DNA from: Leucoraja ocellata
Taxonomy: Eukaryota
Direction of reading: 5' to 3'
Length of the DNA stretch: 64,000 nt
Assembly: GCA_036785375.1 (NCBI GenBank)
Contig: JAWMAR010000043.1
Location: forward strand, 6,634,001 to 6,698,000
The notes under the pieces are model-generated. The model did not search any database. It was not told where the DNA came from and was given only the letters and a program-made list of their open reading frames with translations. Position 1 is the stretch's first letter. Every line of letters begins with the position of its first letter. This document shows, piece by piece, positions 24,862 to 37,740 of this stretch. The translations under genes were made by a program, and so were the position numbers.

Positions 24862-25290
24862 ACCGAAACATAATCTATTTTTTTTCTCCAGAGATGCTGC
24901 CTGACCCGCTGAGTTACTCCATCTTTTTGTGTCTGTCTTCGGTTTAAACCAGCATCTGCAGTTCCTCCCTACACATGCAGTACTTTGTTTAGGCTGGATG
25001 TGCTCAATTGGGAACAAGCTTATTTCAGAATCAGATGTTTATAGCTTTACATTCTATTTCAGAGAATTGAGGCCAATAAAAGATTAAACATTGGGATGTG
25101 ATGGAACCAAGAAACTGCAGATGCTGAAATCTTGAGCAAAACACAAAGTAATTCAGTGGGTCAGGCAGCATCTGTAAAGGGAATGGAAAGGCAGTGTTTC
25201 GGGTCAGGATCATTCATCAGACTGATTGTGGTAAGGGGGAGAAAGCTTACAAAGAGGTGGGGTGGCACAAAGCCTGACTGAGGGAGTTTG
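24862..25290. mobile_element. Two Penelope terminal fragments (plus ~24862-24975; minus ~25105-25290)
   Basis: Match to the PLE terminal motif; the minus copy has CTGATGA...CCCGAAAC. Confidence 0.65.
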
Positions 25291-26299
25291 CAGTGCATGA
25301 CTTAGCTGTATATTCGTACCTTTATAACAGTAATGCACAGTATGCATGTAAGGCACCTTGGAAGTCTTAAAATAGGTTATATACTGTAAATGTATTTTAA
25401 TATTGGTATTGAACATAATTAATAGTCCTGGCTTTGCTCCACAAGTGCAAACAATTTCTCTGTTTAAATTGGTCCAAGCTGTAGCAGTCTCCAGTTGCGC
25501 TTTAAAAAAAAAATGCAAGTTAAAAACGCAGCTAAATGAATGTTGGTGATATTTAGCATCTATCACAAAGCACTCCGTTCTTTGGCTGCCTCGGATGAGC
25601 CCTACCTTGATCTTGCATCAATGTTGCCTTCTGCCTACCGCAGAAGAATGTTGTCAGCTTCATATCTGTGCCCAACCACATCTCGGGTTGCCAATGAGCA
25701 GACACGTTTAGAAGAACTCAAATGAGTTTCAGTAGAGCGGCTGGGCTGAGGCCCGCTTCTCAATTATTTTAAGTGCAGTGTTACCGCTGCAATTGCTCGC
25801 AAAGTGCAAGATCAGTTTGTTGAGATCCAGGTGTGCCCACTCTGCTGCAGGACCCACCCACCCAGTCTTGTTACCAGTTGTTCCCATTCCTTGGTCAAAT
25901 AACGTGTAAGAATTTTGTGTCTACCTTGGTCAAATAATCTTTTCTTCAGCCCTGCTACAAGGCTGTCTGATCCTTCTTCACGTGTATAGTGGGTCATGCT
26001 GGTGAACTACATGCCTCGTCTTAAATTGTTTGGTTTCCTCGGGGCTTGGTGAATAGTGCTGCGAAGGTCAGGTTTATTATCAATGGAGTCCATCATTAGC
26101 ATGGAGTCTAGTGGAGAAATGTGGATTCAGATGCAGGGTGAAATTAGTTTGTTTCTGTTTCTGTCAGGGGATTGGAACCTCAAGTGTGCTAATTATTGAA
26201 CCTTACCGCAAATAGGCACATATGGACTTTGTTCTTGGTACCATAAACCTGCCTGCAGAAAGTGCAGACATTTTCTTGTAGGGAGTTCTTCCTTCTCTC

Positions 26300-26490
26300 T
26301 TAGAACACAAAGTGCTGGAGTAACTCGCTAGGTCAGGCATCATCTCTGGAGGACACTAGGAACTGTAGGTGCTGGAATCTTGCAAAGAATGCAAAGTTCT
26401 GGAGTAACTCACCAGTTCAGGCATCATCTCTGGAGGACACTAGGAACAGCAGGTGCTGGAATCTTGCATAGAACACAAAGTGCTGGAGAA
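26300..26490 (-). repeat. Tandemly duplicated Penelope terminal fragments (~85-bp unit)
   Basis: CAAAGT(G/T)CTGGAGTAACTC...CAGGCATCATCTCTGGAGGACACTAGGAAC occurs twice, plus a partial third unit. Confidence 0.7.
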
Positions 26491-26825
26491 CTTGTATCAC
26501 TCTTGAGATGTTGCCGTTCTGCCAGAAGCAGATCAGAGGATCAGGCTGGGTAAGTAGAAGTTCCTCAATCCTAATTTTCTTTCATTGTTTGTTCTACACA
26601 AACTCAAACTGAAAATAAAGCAAACATTTATATTATTGATACAGTTTTTTTTAGTTCATAAATGATAAATGAAAAATAAAGTGCTGAAATGCAGCTTCTT
26701 AAAACACGTTGACTGCCTTTGAAAATACTTCCTTCAACAAACTGGTTGGAAATGCCTCTTTTGTCAAAAAAGTGATCTTTTTTCTGATGCGTAAACAGAC
26801 TGGTTTTATTTGGACACATCTATTC

Positions 26826-27010
26826 CTGTACTTCGGACATGGCCAGGAGCTTTGTTAAAAACTTAAACAGGGATTCACTCTTTCGAATTATCATTATCAG
26901 ACTTTTTAAGTCTATAACAAACACCGTCAGTTAAGATGTATAGGAAGGAACTGCAGATGCTGTTTTAAACTGAAGACTGACACAAAATGTTGGAGTAACT
27001 CAGCAGGACA
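26826..27010 (+). repeat. 185-bp direct repeat, copy 1 (copy 2 at 27704-27888)
   Basis: Near-identical, 4 substitutions by eye; flanks the ERV fragment. Confidence 0.92.
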
Positions 27011-27039
27011 ATGGACTGTGTGTGAAGGGAAGGAAACAT

Positions 27040-27224
27040 TGACTTTGTGCCTATTCAGATGTTGTATCATTCCCTGCGCACGAGGGCTGGCTCAGCGATT
27101 GATAGAGACAACCCTGACAAAGAACAGCACCGTCATGATGGCCTTCAGAACACAGTATGACCAGCGAGAGGAGGATAGGGAGGCGAAGAACCTGCTAGCA
27201 CTAGAAAAGGAGGATATAGTATAA
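27040..27224 (+). pseudogene. env: Endogenous retrovirus env TM / cytoplasmic tail remnant
   Basis: CCIIPCARGLAQRLIETTLTK is typical of the class I (epsilon/gamma-like) TM C-terminus; it lies just before a PPT and LTR. Confidence 0.75.
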
Positions 27225-27260
27225 ATCAAAAGATGCGTAGCAAAAAGAAAAATGGTGGAT

Positions 27261-27703
27261 TGTGAGAAAAGGGTTAATAGGGATGGTTGATTTATACTAG
27301 AACTCTGAAAAATATAACTTAGAAAGAAATAAGGTGTCAGCAGAAGCCAGACTGCTGGTAGAAGAAAGTAACAATATACAGAACAGAGAGAAATTCTAGA
27401 TAAAAAGTAGCAACCAGATAGAAACTTCAGCAGAAGCCTTAGGAGTCTTTGACGTCAGGAGACGTTCCAAGACGTTCTCGTGGGAATATAAACCTTAGTG
27501 TTCTGATTGGCAGAAGCTCGATGGGGAGACATGAGGTAGTGACCATAGTGAAGAAAGGTATAAAAGATAGATACAATCTCCATTTTTGTGTGCCTCTAGG
27601 GGACATCAGAGGAGAGGCACCTATTCTGCAGAATATGAAATTAATAAAAACACTTCTTTGTCTGAATTTGTCTCAAGAGCATTTGTGATTTTTGAATCTC
27701 ACA
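27261..27703 (+). mobile_element. ERV 3' LTR (443 bp)
   Basis: TGTGAGA...TCTCACA termini, upstream PPT AAAAAGAAAAATGGTGGA, CCAAT complement ATTGG, TATAAAA near 27559, AATAAA near 27643. Confidence 0.85.
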
Positions 27704-27929
27704 CTGTACTACGGACATGGCCAGGAACTTTGTTAAAAACTTAAACAGGGATTCACTCTTTTGAATTATCATTATCAGACTTTTTAAGTCTATAACAAAC
27801 ACCGTCAGTTAAGATGTATAGGAAGGAACTGCAGATGCTGTTTTAAACTGAAGACTGACACAAAATGTTGGAGTAACTCAGCGGGACAGGCAGCATCTCA
27901 GGTGGGGGTTTTTTCATCTCAAGGAATTT

Positions 27930-28160
27930 TGTGCATGTTACAATGCAAAATACAGTGGGATGTTGCACAAAATTCAAGAAGTTGCAATGATATAATATAG
28001 ATATTTAGTTTTAATGATGTCAATTGAGGAATAAATATTGGCCAGGACTTCAGAGGGAACTCTTCTGTTCCTTTTTAAATGGTACCGTAGGATCTTCTAT
28101 GCTACCTGAGAGTGCAGTAGTATTGCACTGTCTGCCACCCTTGAGACTCTGGAGTGACAC
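27930..28160 (-). mobile_element. Ancient Deu-domain SINE remnant
   Basis: GAGGAATAAATATTGGCCAGGAC..GGAACTC..GGATCTTCTATGCTACCTGAGAG. Confidence 0.55.
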
Positions 28161-28286
28161 GGTATCAGGTCGAATTGACACCTTTTAGCAAATAAAAGTG
28201 CTAAAAAGATGTACAATGAAATTGTGCATACACTTGTATGGCATTGTTCAAAGTATTATTGCCTGATGATGTGAAAACAACCACAT

Positions 28287-28846
28287 CCATTTTAACCGGA
28301 ACTCGAAAGAGGGAGCACATTACCCCAATTTTGGCCTCCCTTCACTGGCTTCCAGTGCACTTTCGAGTTCATTTTAAAATTCTTTTATTTGTTTTTAAAT
28401 CTTTGAATGGCCTCGCCCCGCCTTACCTCTCTGAGCTGCTCCACCTATATGCTCCTACCCGGTGCCTCAGGTCAGCGGATCAGCTGCTCCTTGAGGTACC
28501 AAGGTCTAAGCGGAAGCTCAGAGGGGATAGAGCCTTTTCTGTTGCTGCACCGGCACTTTGGAACACCTTGCCGCTGCAGATCAGACAGGCCCCTTCACTA
28601 TCCATCTTTAAATCCTCCCTAAAAACGCACTTTTATTCACTGGCTTTCGACACTGGCTGAGACATTGTTCCTGTTTTAGTGCTTTAATGTCTTTTAATTT
28701 TTTTTACTGTTTTTATAGTCCTGTCGTCTTAATGGTTTTAGTTTTGTGATAACTTTTTGTTGATTTCCCTTGTACAGCACTTTGTGGTAACTGATGTTGC
28801 CTAAAAGTGCTTTATAAATAAAGTTATTATTATTATTATTATTATT
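28287..28846 (+). mobile_element. L2 LINE 3' fragment
   Basis: EHITPILASLHWLPVHFRVHFKIL...GDRAFSVAAPALWNTLP...LKTHFYSLAF; (ATT)n tail. Confidence 0.92.
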
Positions 28847-29429
28847 ACATCAGAAGAAAGACAGAATCAACCATTGTTGGGACGTTAAGCTCGACCAGTA
28901 GATTAGGCTCCTGTTTTCAGCACAGCTTCTATTTAATACTGTTAGTAAAAGCAAGGAGAATGCTCACTGCTTTGGGGCCTCCAATGCTTTCCTGCTTGTG
29001 CCCTTTGGGATATTTAGCTCTGAATTCTACTACAGTCTGGGAATAAATCATCCCATAAGTAATTTATCATCTTGTTTATTCTTGTTGAGGTAATATAAAG
29101 TAGTGTGAGATTTTAAAGTCACAGAGGAATACTAATAGGGCACTGAATGGCAGGAAATGATATTGTCAGGTTTAGAAATACGTGGGAAATGCAGTTCACT
29201 TTTACACAGTGTATGGAACTGCTCCATGCTGTGTAAAAAGACCACATACTGTATGTTCTCAAACATTATGGTTTCTGCAAGGGATAGAACGGATAGAAAG
29301 CTGGGTAACCTATAGAGACAAGAAAGTTAAAGTCAATTGGTTTAGCTCAAAGAATTAAGGTGATATGCCCCACTGGAAGATAGTGAGATTACCCTTCCAG
29401 TCATAGATTTACACAAATTGTAGATGATA

Positions 29430-29520
29430 TAGAAACAAGGAATGGCTGGTGAAACTCAGGCAGCATCACTGGAGAACATGGATAAGTGACGTTTCAGGTC
29501 GGGAACCTTCATCAGGCAGG
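29430..29520 (-). mobile_element. Penelope terminal fragment with hammerhead motif
   Basis: Minus strand CTGATGAAGGTTCCCGACCTGAAACGTC. Confidence 0.7.
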
Positions 29521-29978
29521 TGATGTATGTAGACAGATTTTCAAGGAAAATATTGCTTGTAAATTTGGGGGGAAACATTTAGACCCTCAAACCTATTCCA
29601 CTATTCAGATGAAACAGTGATCCATTTCCTAACAATATCTACAAGTAGTTATAAGCCTCGTTTGTTCTCGACATTAAACTCCTTTAAACATGACATGGTT
29701 CCAGTGAAATTGCTTGGTCTTCCTTCCACATAAGTATACAGTACTGGCAAAGTGATCCCCAAAACAGGATGCTGTTCTCCAGGTACAGTCTAACTAAGCT
29801 TTGTACAAGCACGTCAATAGTTTCATTCTTTGTACAATACAATACAATTATCTATTGTCATTTGAACCTCAAATGAAGTTCAAATGAAATTTGGTTTCTG
29901 CAGACATACAACAAGAACCAAGACACACAACCAATACAATTTACACAAACTTCCATCACAGTGAATCTCCTCCTCACT

Positions 29979-30178
29979 NNNNNNNNNNNNNNNNNNNNNN
30001 NNNNNNNNNNNNNNNNNNNNNNNNNNNNNNNNNNNNNNNNNNNNNNNNNNNNNNNNNNNNNNNNNNNNNNNNNNNNNNNNNNNNNNNNNNNNNNNNNNNN
30101 NNNNNNNNNNNNNNNNNNNNNNNNNNNNNNNNNNNNNNNNNNNNNNNNNNNNNNNNNNNNNNNNNNNNNNNNNNNNNN
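29979..30178. other. Assembly gap (200 N)
   Basis: Run of Ns. Confidence 1.
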
Positions 30179-31184
30179 AGAATTTTGGGAACTAAAGATG
30201 AAGTTGAGATAATTCTTATTATTAGTGTGAGATGTGGATGAAAGAGTGTGAATGGAAGACTGGGCATTAAGATCACCAAGGGTCCCACGTGCCCTGACAC
30301 CCCAGGTCTGTTGCCACATTTGTTGGTCACATCATTCCAAACCCTGCCCTTCCCCTATTCTCCAGTTAAAATCGGGCCTTTATTTCAAGCAATATTAATA
30401 ACTGAGTACCATTCTGGCATACAGGGTCTAAAACTTTTGAATATCAAAGTCACAAAGTGACCTTAAGTGTATCGCATGTTATGTTATCAAATGCCGTGAC
30501 ACGATATTATAATCCCGCTTCCAGTTGCTTTGATATTTTTTATGCGTCAATTCTTTGTTTGTGATTACTCAGAGGAAATGATAATTTGTCTCGTACATTG
30601 TGGACCGGAGCGAGGTGGTCTGGTTAAATTATACCGTTGTAATTGTCACTGAACAAAGACGGCAGCCCGGCAATATTCTCTCAGTTTGATGTTTGTAAAG
30701 TTCCTGATGAAACACGGGCCTCATTTTCCCCAGCCGCAATTAGTGTAAATGGGATTAAACCTATCACATTTCGTGCAGCCAGACCCTGCAGCCACTGGGA
30801 AAGGCCTGATACCAAACTAATTTTTCACCAGTGATGCGAAATGTCCAGAATGATTGGGGCTGTGAGAGATTCCATGACAACTTCAATTTAAACGCTGATT
30901 CTGCCAGGAGTCTGTTTGTTCAGATAGCAGAAGAAAATAATCTGTAAGTCATTTGAGGGAAACTGGAAATAAGCTTCTGCACATTTTTGTACTTACACTG
31001 CATAGAGGGATTTTTTTTTTAAAGAACATTCCTCTTTAAAGCTGTAGTATTCTTTTTTGTTGTACAAATCTTGCTTCCTATTTAAGTAGAAACTTCAAGT
31101 GACATCTCCATTGCTTTTATGTTAAAAAGGTTGGGGTTTTTTAAAACACGTTGATAATCCTTTTTTTGGTGTCTTCGTAGATTC

Positions 31185-32445
31185 AGATTCAGATTTGTTT
31201 ATTGTCATATACACCAAAGTGAAATTTCTTGCTCACAGAGTAATAATGTAGTACAATAATAAATAGAATAACAAGTGCATAACAGCAGAACGGTGCAACA
31301 TTGTAGAGCAAAGTCATGCAAAAATGTATTAAAGTACAAGATACAAGATACAAGATACAAGATACATTTAATTGTCGGAATATTTGTACAACAAAAAACA
31401 ACGGAATACTGAATGAGTTAGAGTTTAGAGTAAGAGTACACGGTTGCACCTCCAGGGAAGACGGAGAACAAAGAGGAGTTCGATGGCAGTGGGGAAAAAT
31501 CTGTTCTTATGACTGGATGTCTAAACTTCAGCCTTTTGTATCTTCTCCCAGAAAGTAGAAGAGAGAAAGATGAATAACCAGGGTGGCAAATATCCAAAAG
31601 ATACTTCCAGCCTTCCTGATGCCATGCACCATGAAGCTGGAAAGAAATGATCAGCATGTGATATACTGGGCTGTGTTCACCACTCACTAAAGGCTCAGGC
31701 AGTTAACAGCAGGGCAGTTTCCATACTAAACTGAGATGAGTATTCCCGTCAGAATACTTTTGATAGTACATTTGCAGAAGTTCAAAAGAATTATCGCTGC
31801 AAGCTCCTCGGATGCCTCAGAAAGTAAATATGCTGATGCACTTTCTTTCTGGATTCCTAGGAACTTGAATCTGTTGACCATCTCTCCAGCAGCTCCATTG
31901 ATGAGGACAATATTGTGTCCACCACCTCACTTCCTTAGGTCAACAACCAACTCTCTTGTCTTGCTGACGTTAACAGCTAGGTTGTTCCCCTGACACCATG
32001 ACATACGCTCTCAGTCTCTCTCCTGTATTACATGTCATCTTTGCTGTTGATCCAGACGACAGCAGCCATAATAGCAGCAAACATAAAGATTGGGTTGGCA
32101 TTTCACTTGGCCATGCAGTCAAGGATGTGCAGCGAGCAGAACAAGAGACTGAGCGCATCACCTTGAGCACACAACCAGTTTTAACAGTGGGGTGGAGGAA
32201 ATGCCACTGCCAATTCTAACCAACTGAGGTCTGCTTGTCAGAATGTCCAGAAGCCAATTGCAGATGGAGGCCTCATGGCCAAGATCCAGATGTTAGGGAT
32301 AATCTTATTGTGTATTATGGCATCGAAGGTTGAGCTCTAGTCAATAAATGGAATCCAGCCCTAGATGTTCTTATTATCAAGATGATCCAGGGCTCAATGT
32401 AGTGCAAGAGAGATCCTTAGACCTATTTTCCTGTATGTAAATTGC
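31185..32445 (-). mobile_element. Old degraded Rex1/Babar LINE; probably continues at ~33390-33650
   Basis: TTTATTGTCA tail complement, HPGYSSFSLLLSGRRY, complement of KTRELVVDLRK. Confidence 0.75.
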
Positions 32446-32470
32446 ATCTAGAATGTCCAGAAGAATCTAG

Positions 32471-33385
32471 TGTGGCACGGTGGTGCAGCAGTAGAGTTGC
32501 TGCCTTACAGCACCAGAGACCCGGGTTCAATCCTGACTATGGATGCTTGTCTATATGGATCTTGTATGTTCTCCCAATGACCTGGGCTTTCTCCGGGTTC
32601 TCCGGTTTACATAGAAACATAGAAACATAGAAATTAGGTGCAGGAGTAGGCCATTCAGCCCTTCGAGCCTGCACCGCCATTCAATATGATCATGGCTGAT
32701 CATCCAACTCAGTATCCCGTACCTGCCTTCTCTCCATACCCCCTGATCCCCTTAGCCACAAGGGCCACATCTAACTCCCTCTTAAATATAGCCAATGAAC
32801 TGGCCTCAACTACCCTCTGTGTGAAAAAAGTTCTTCTCATCTCGGTTTTAAAGGATTTCCCCCTTATCCTTAAGCTGTGACCCCTTGTCCTGGACTTCCC
32901 TAACATCGGGAACAATCTTCCTGCATCTAGCCTGTCCAACCCCTTAAGAATTTTGTAGGTTTCTATAAGATCCCCTCTCAATCTCCTAAATTCTAGAGAG
33001 TATAAACCAAGTCTATCCAGTCTTTCTTCATAAGACAGTCCTGACATCCCAGGAATCAGTCTGGTGAACCTTCTCTGTACTCCCTCTATGGTAAGAATGT
33101 CTTTCTTCAGATTTGGAGACCAAAACTGTACACAATACTCCAGGTGTGGTCTCACCAAGACCCTGTACAACTGCAGTAGAACCTCCCTGCTCCTATATTC
33201 AAAGGATCTTCCTCCCACTCTCCAAAGACGTGTACTGGTTTGTAGGTTAATTGGCTTGGTATAATTGTAAATTGGCCCTAGTGTGTGTAGGGTCGCGGTA
33301 GTTTGTGGGGATTGCTGATCAGCGTGGACTCGGTGGCCCGAAGAGCTCGTTTCCATGCTGTATCCCTACACTAAACTAAACTAAA
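32471..33385 (+). mobile_element. HE1-type SINE interrupted by a CR1
   Basis: Head ~32471-32608; core resumes TTCCTCCCACTCTCCAAAGAC at ~33208; (CTAAA)n tail. Confidence 0.85.
32609..33203 (-). mobile_element. CR1 LINE 3' fragment
   Basis: [29 protein letters not shown]...; same subfamily as 10529-11085. Confidence 0.92.
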
Positions 33386-33830
33386 AAACTACAACTTACG
33401 TGGAATATTACCAGTCTTTCAAAGGACCGCATTATGGGCGATGTTAGAGCTACTGGATGGTAATCATTGGGAAAGGTCACTTTATCTTTCTCGGGGAAAG
33501 ATGATTTCTTGCAGCAGTTGGAGGCAGTAGACTAATGAAGTGAACGGATTCAGTTTTAGTGAACCCTACAGCCAGTTGATTGGTGCATAATTGCAGAACC
33601 CACCTGATGACTCCATCCGGTTTAGCCGCTTTCCAAGAACATCTACCTCTGTCATCAAAATATGTGAGATGGAGCCAACGTGGGTCATGGTTATGATATA
33701 AATCATTGCAGAATTTAATTTCAACTACAGCTTTAATTGATTAGCAATATATTTGTGAATACATTTCCAATGAAAGCTGTATTATTCTAACCTGCATTCT
33801 CAAACCCCAGATATTTGTATAAGTAAATAA

Positions 33831-34100
33831 ACTGCCTTACAGCGCCAGAGACCCAGATTTGATCCTGACTACAGGTGCTTATGTGTACGGAGTTTGTATG
33901 TTCTGCGTGGGTTTTTTCTGCGATCCTCAGTTTCCTCCCACACTCTAAAGATGTACAGATTTGTAGGTTACTTGGCTTGGTATGAAGGTAAAATTGTCCT
34001 TAGTGTGTGTAGGATAATGTTAATGTGCAGGGATCGCTGGTCGGTGTGGCTTCGGTCGGCCGAAGGGCCTGGATCACACTGTATCTCTAAACTAAACTAA
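33831..34100 (+). mobile_element. HE1-type SINE
   Basis: CTGCCTTACAGCGCCAGAGACC head, core, tail. Confidence 0.85.
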
Positions 34101-34102
34101 GT

Positions 34103-34430
34103 TCGTAAGTTATAGGAGCAGAATGTGGCCAATCTGCTCATCAAGTCTACTCCGCCATTCAATCATGGCTGATCTACCTTTCCCTCTGAATCCCATTCTG
34201 TCTTCTCCCCATAATCCCTGACACTGGTACTAATCAAGAATCTATCAATAAATATCCATTCACCTGGCCTTCACAACCGTCTGTGGCAATTAATTCCACA
34301 GATTCACCAAACTCTAACAAATTTCTCCTCATCTCCTTTCTAAAGGTATGTCCTTTTATTCGGAGGGTGTGCCCTCTGGTCCTAGTGGAAACATCCTCTC
34401 CACATTCATTCTATCCAGTAAGCTTTTCAC
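34103..34430 (-). mobile_element. CR1 LINE 3' fragment
   Basis: Complement of the CR1 end (CCATTCAATCATGGCTGATC, TTCCACAGATTCACC). Confidence 0.8.
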
Positions 34431-35079
34431 TATCCGGTAAGTTTCAATGCAGTCATGTATTCTCTCCTCTGATAAATGCGAAGTTCTGTTTGTGCACAAT
34501 TCTGGTCTGATGACTACTAAGCTTGCTCCATTATTTTCACATGCAAACCCAAAGAATCAATAGACTGTTTGACAGCGATGGGCCTCACAAGGAGCCAAAT
34601 ATTATACTTTTTTGATGCCCACACATGTGCATCTTCCAAGCGATAAATAATATGAATAAAAATGTGTTTTGCCTTTTTGTCCTGGGACTCTGCCAGTTGT
34701 AACTTGCCTATCACTAGCTGCCAGCCGCCTCATCATAGAATGGGAATTCATATCAGGGCCTCGCTGCAGCCAACACAGTGCAAGATTTAGGACTTTACGA
34801 GAGAGGAATAAACTCACGGAGATAGACTTCCTTATCAGTGAAATGCAGTTTAGGAGAGTAGATAATACCATTTCAAATTCATTGCAGGTACAGAGAGATA
34901 AGGTGGTGGATGTACACAGCTTTGATTGTCCGGATCAGTCGAAGAAGACACAGTTATAATGTCCGCTGGGATCCTTGGCTTTATGAGTTAAAGCATGAAT
35001 TCCAAAAGCATGTTTATTAAATGCTAATAAGATCCCGACTTTGAGCACAACAGGTTAAGTGAAATACCAAAGACATAGG

Positions 35080-35615
35080 AATTGATATTGATATAATTTG
35101 ATATAATTTAATTGCCACACAACCAGGGTCGGTGGAATTTGGGTTGCCAGCAGCGGTACAGTAATAAAGAACACACAACCACAATAAAAATTTTACAAAC
35201 ATCCACCACAGCATTCATCACTGCGGTGGAAGGCACAGCACTTGGCCAGTCCTCCTCCATTTTCCCCCGTGGTCGGGACCTCCACCCTCCACAGCCGTTG
35301 CTGCGGGCGTCCAGATGGTAAGGGACAAAGTCAAAGTCAAGGTGAGTCCAGGATCGGCTCTTCCCAACCAGAGACCGCGGCTTCAGGCTGGTGTAGGCCG
35401 CAGGCCGGCGGTCAAAGTTTTAAAGTACCTGCTGTGCCGCAGCCGGAAGCACCGCAGCTGCAGGGCCGGCGGTCGAAGCTCCCCTCCAGGGGAGATGGTA
35501 AGTCCATGCCGCGCCCACGGTAGAAGACGGCCGCGGGCCGGCGGTGGAAGCTTCTTCTTCCCCCCGGGTCCTCCACGAGGGATCCCGGGCTGTAGACGCC
35601 GCACCAGCTGGAGTG
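35080..35615 (-). mobile_element. Non-autonomous GC-rich retroposon (Rex1/Babar-like tail)
   Basis: Shares ACATCCACCACAG..CACTGCGGTGGAAGGC with 20806 and 54660; GC-rich body. Confidence 0.55.
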
Positions 35616-35857
35616 GAATGCTACAGATAAGGCTTTTTACAGTGGCTTCTGGGGTATAGGTTTTCTTCTTAAACTAGAGAGGTTAGATTTGGCAGAAATG
35701 GTCAACATTGTAGAGGGTTCAGACTGAATAAATAGGGAGAACCTTCTTCTAGTAGTGAGGGAACATCTGTACAGATTTTACCATCAAACTATAGAGACAA
35801 TTCACACCAATGATATGACTTCATTTTAGCATCGTGCTACTGACTTTAGTACACTTA

Positions 35858-36238
35858 AGGGCCTGTCCCACTTACGCGACCTTTACAGGCGACTGCCGGC
35901 ACACGTGATAGGTCGCCAAAATGTTCAACATGTTGAAAATTAAACGGCGACCAGACAGACGCTACGACTGTTTGGAGACCTCTCACTGCCATAGGCTGTA
36001 TGGTCATGAGAGGTCTCCTATGGTCGTGAGAGGTCACCCGCAACATGTCACCAGGGGTCGCCTGTATGGTCGTGAGAGATCTCCTATGGTGGTGAGAGGT
36101 CTCCTATGGTGGTGAGAGGTCTTCAAAGAGTCGTAGCGTCTTTCTGGTCGCCGCTGAATTTTCAACGTTTAAAATTTCGGCGACCTATGACGGGTGCTGG
36201 CAGTCGCCTGTAAAGGTCGCGTAAGTGGGACAGGCCCT
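35858..36238. mobile_element. PIF/Harbinger-type MITE with ~130-bp TIRs
   Basis: AGGGCCTGTCCCACTTACGCGACC.../...GGTCGCGTAAGTGGGACAGGCCCT; internal ~20-bp tandem repeats CTATGGT(C/G)GTGAGAGGTCTC. Confidence 0.9.
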
Positions 36239-36542
36239 GTACATATACATGAGCTTCAATGTCATAAACAAGGGCCAGTTTTCACAAATTACTGTTTTTG
36301 CTAGATTGTTTAGACAGAAAACACAAAGCATCTCACAGAGTCATACAGTCTGTTCACCCACAACTATCAAACCCCCATCTACACTAATCCCTCTCCATTC
36401 TCTTCATGTTCCCCTCAATCCCCACATTTCAAACACTCACCTACATATTAGAGGCAATAAAGACCAATTAACCTACCAAAATGCATGCCTTTGAAATGTA
36501 AAGAGGAGACCAGAGTACCCAAGAAAGCTCATGCTGTCACAA

Positions 36543-36866
36543 GGTGTATAAAATCATGAGAGGAATAGATCAGGTGGACACACAGAGTCTCTTGCCCAGA
36601 GTGGGGGAATCGACAATCACAGGACATAGGTTTAAGGTGAAGGGGGAAAGATTTTATAGGAATCTAAGGGGTAACCCTTTTCAGGTAAAGGGTGGTGGGT
36701 GTATGGAAAGAGCTACTCTGGAGGAGGTAACTGAGGCAGGGTCTATTGCAACATTTAAGAAGCAATTAGATAGGTACATGTGTAGGATAGGTTTAGAAGG
36801 ATATGGGCCAAATGCAGGCAGGTGGGACTAATGTAGATGGGGACATGTTGGTAAGTGTGGGTAAGA
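36543..36866 (+). mobile_element. CR1 LINE 3' fragment
   Basis: YKIMRGIDQVDTQSLLPRVGE...GYGPNAGRWD. Confidence 0.85.
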
Positions 36867-37060
36867 TTAAAAAAAACATCGTCTGAGCATATTAACAAAC
36901 AACTACTCCACATTACAGACGGCCCACCAGGCACCAAGTTATGATGTCGGCCAGTTTGAACCCCACTGCACTTTCACACACTTACCACTACAATAAGATC
37001 ATATCCCACAGCTTCAGTGCACAGTCAGACATTTCATTCAAACACTAAACTCACCCACCC

Positions 37061-37436
37061 TACTCGCTGGAGTTTAGAAGGTTGAGGGGGGACCTCATTG
37101 AGACTGACAGAATAGGCAGAGTGGATGTGGAAAGGATGTTTCCACTGGTGGGAGAGTATAGGGCCAGAGCTCATAGCCTCAGAATTAAAGAGCGCTCTTT
37201 TAGAAAGGAGGTGAGGAGGAACTTCTTTAGTCAGAGAGTAGTTAATCTGTGGAACTCATTGCCAAAGAAGGCTGTGGAGGTCATGTCAGTGGATACTTTA
37301 AAGCCAGAGATAGATAAATTCTTGATTAGAACGACTATCAAGGGTTATGGGGAGAAGGCAGGAAATTGGAATTAGGAGGCAGAGATCAGCCATGATTGAA
37401 TGGCAGAGAAGACTCGATGGGCCGAATGGCCTAATT
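37061..37436 (+). mobile_element. CR1 LINE 3' fragment
   Basis: RGDLIET...NFFSQRVVNLWNSLP. Confidence 0.85.
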
Positions 37437-37549
37437 GTTTTCCATTCCGACAGACTCACCAACATACTTGCTCCTCTGCTTCAGGGGAAGTTGGTGTGTC
37501 CAGGTCCATGGTTGGTGCCCAGTGGTGACATTGACATGTCCCTCAATCT

Positions 37550-37740
37550 GTGCAGGAAGGAGCTGCAGATGCTGGTTTACACCGAAGATAGACACTGGAG
37601 TTACTCAGCGGGTCAGGCAGCATCTCTGGAGAAAATGTATAGGTGACATTTTGGGTCGAGGTGAAGTGTCTGATCAAGGTCTTCGGATCTAATTGTTTAG
37701 ACCTGAAATGTCACATATTCCTTTTCTCCAGAGATGTTGC
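37550..37740. mobile_element. Inverted pair of Penelope terminal fragments
   Basis: GCATCTCTGGAGAAAA..TGACATTT faces AAATGTCA..TTTTCTCCAGAGATG. Confidence 0.7.

Noticed and set aside
29858-30330. ORFs spanning the N run
   Set aside because: Gap artefacts.
32709-33356. 215-aa ORF
   Set aside because: Chance fusion of antisense HE1 SINE and a CR1 C-terminus. The ORF at 44652-45260 is a similar SINE/CR1 fusion.
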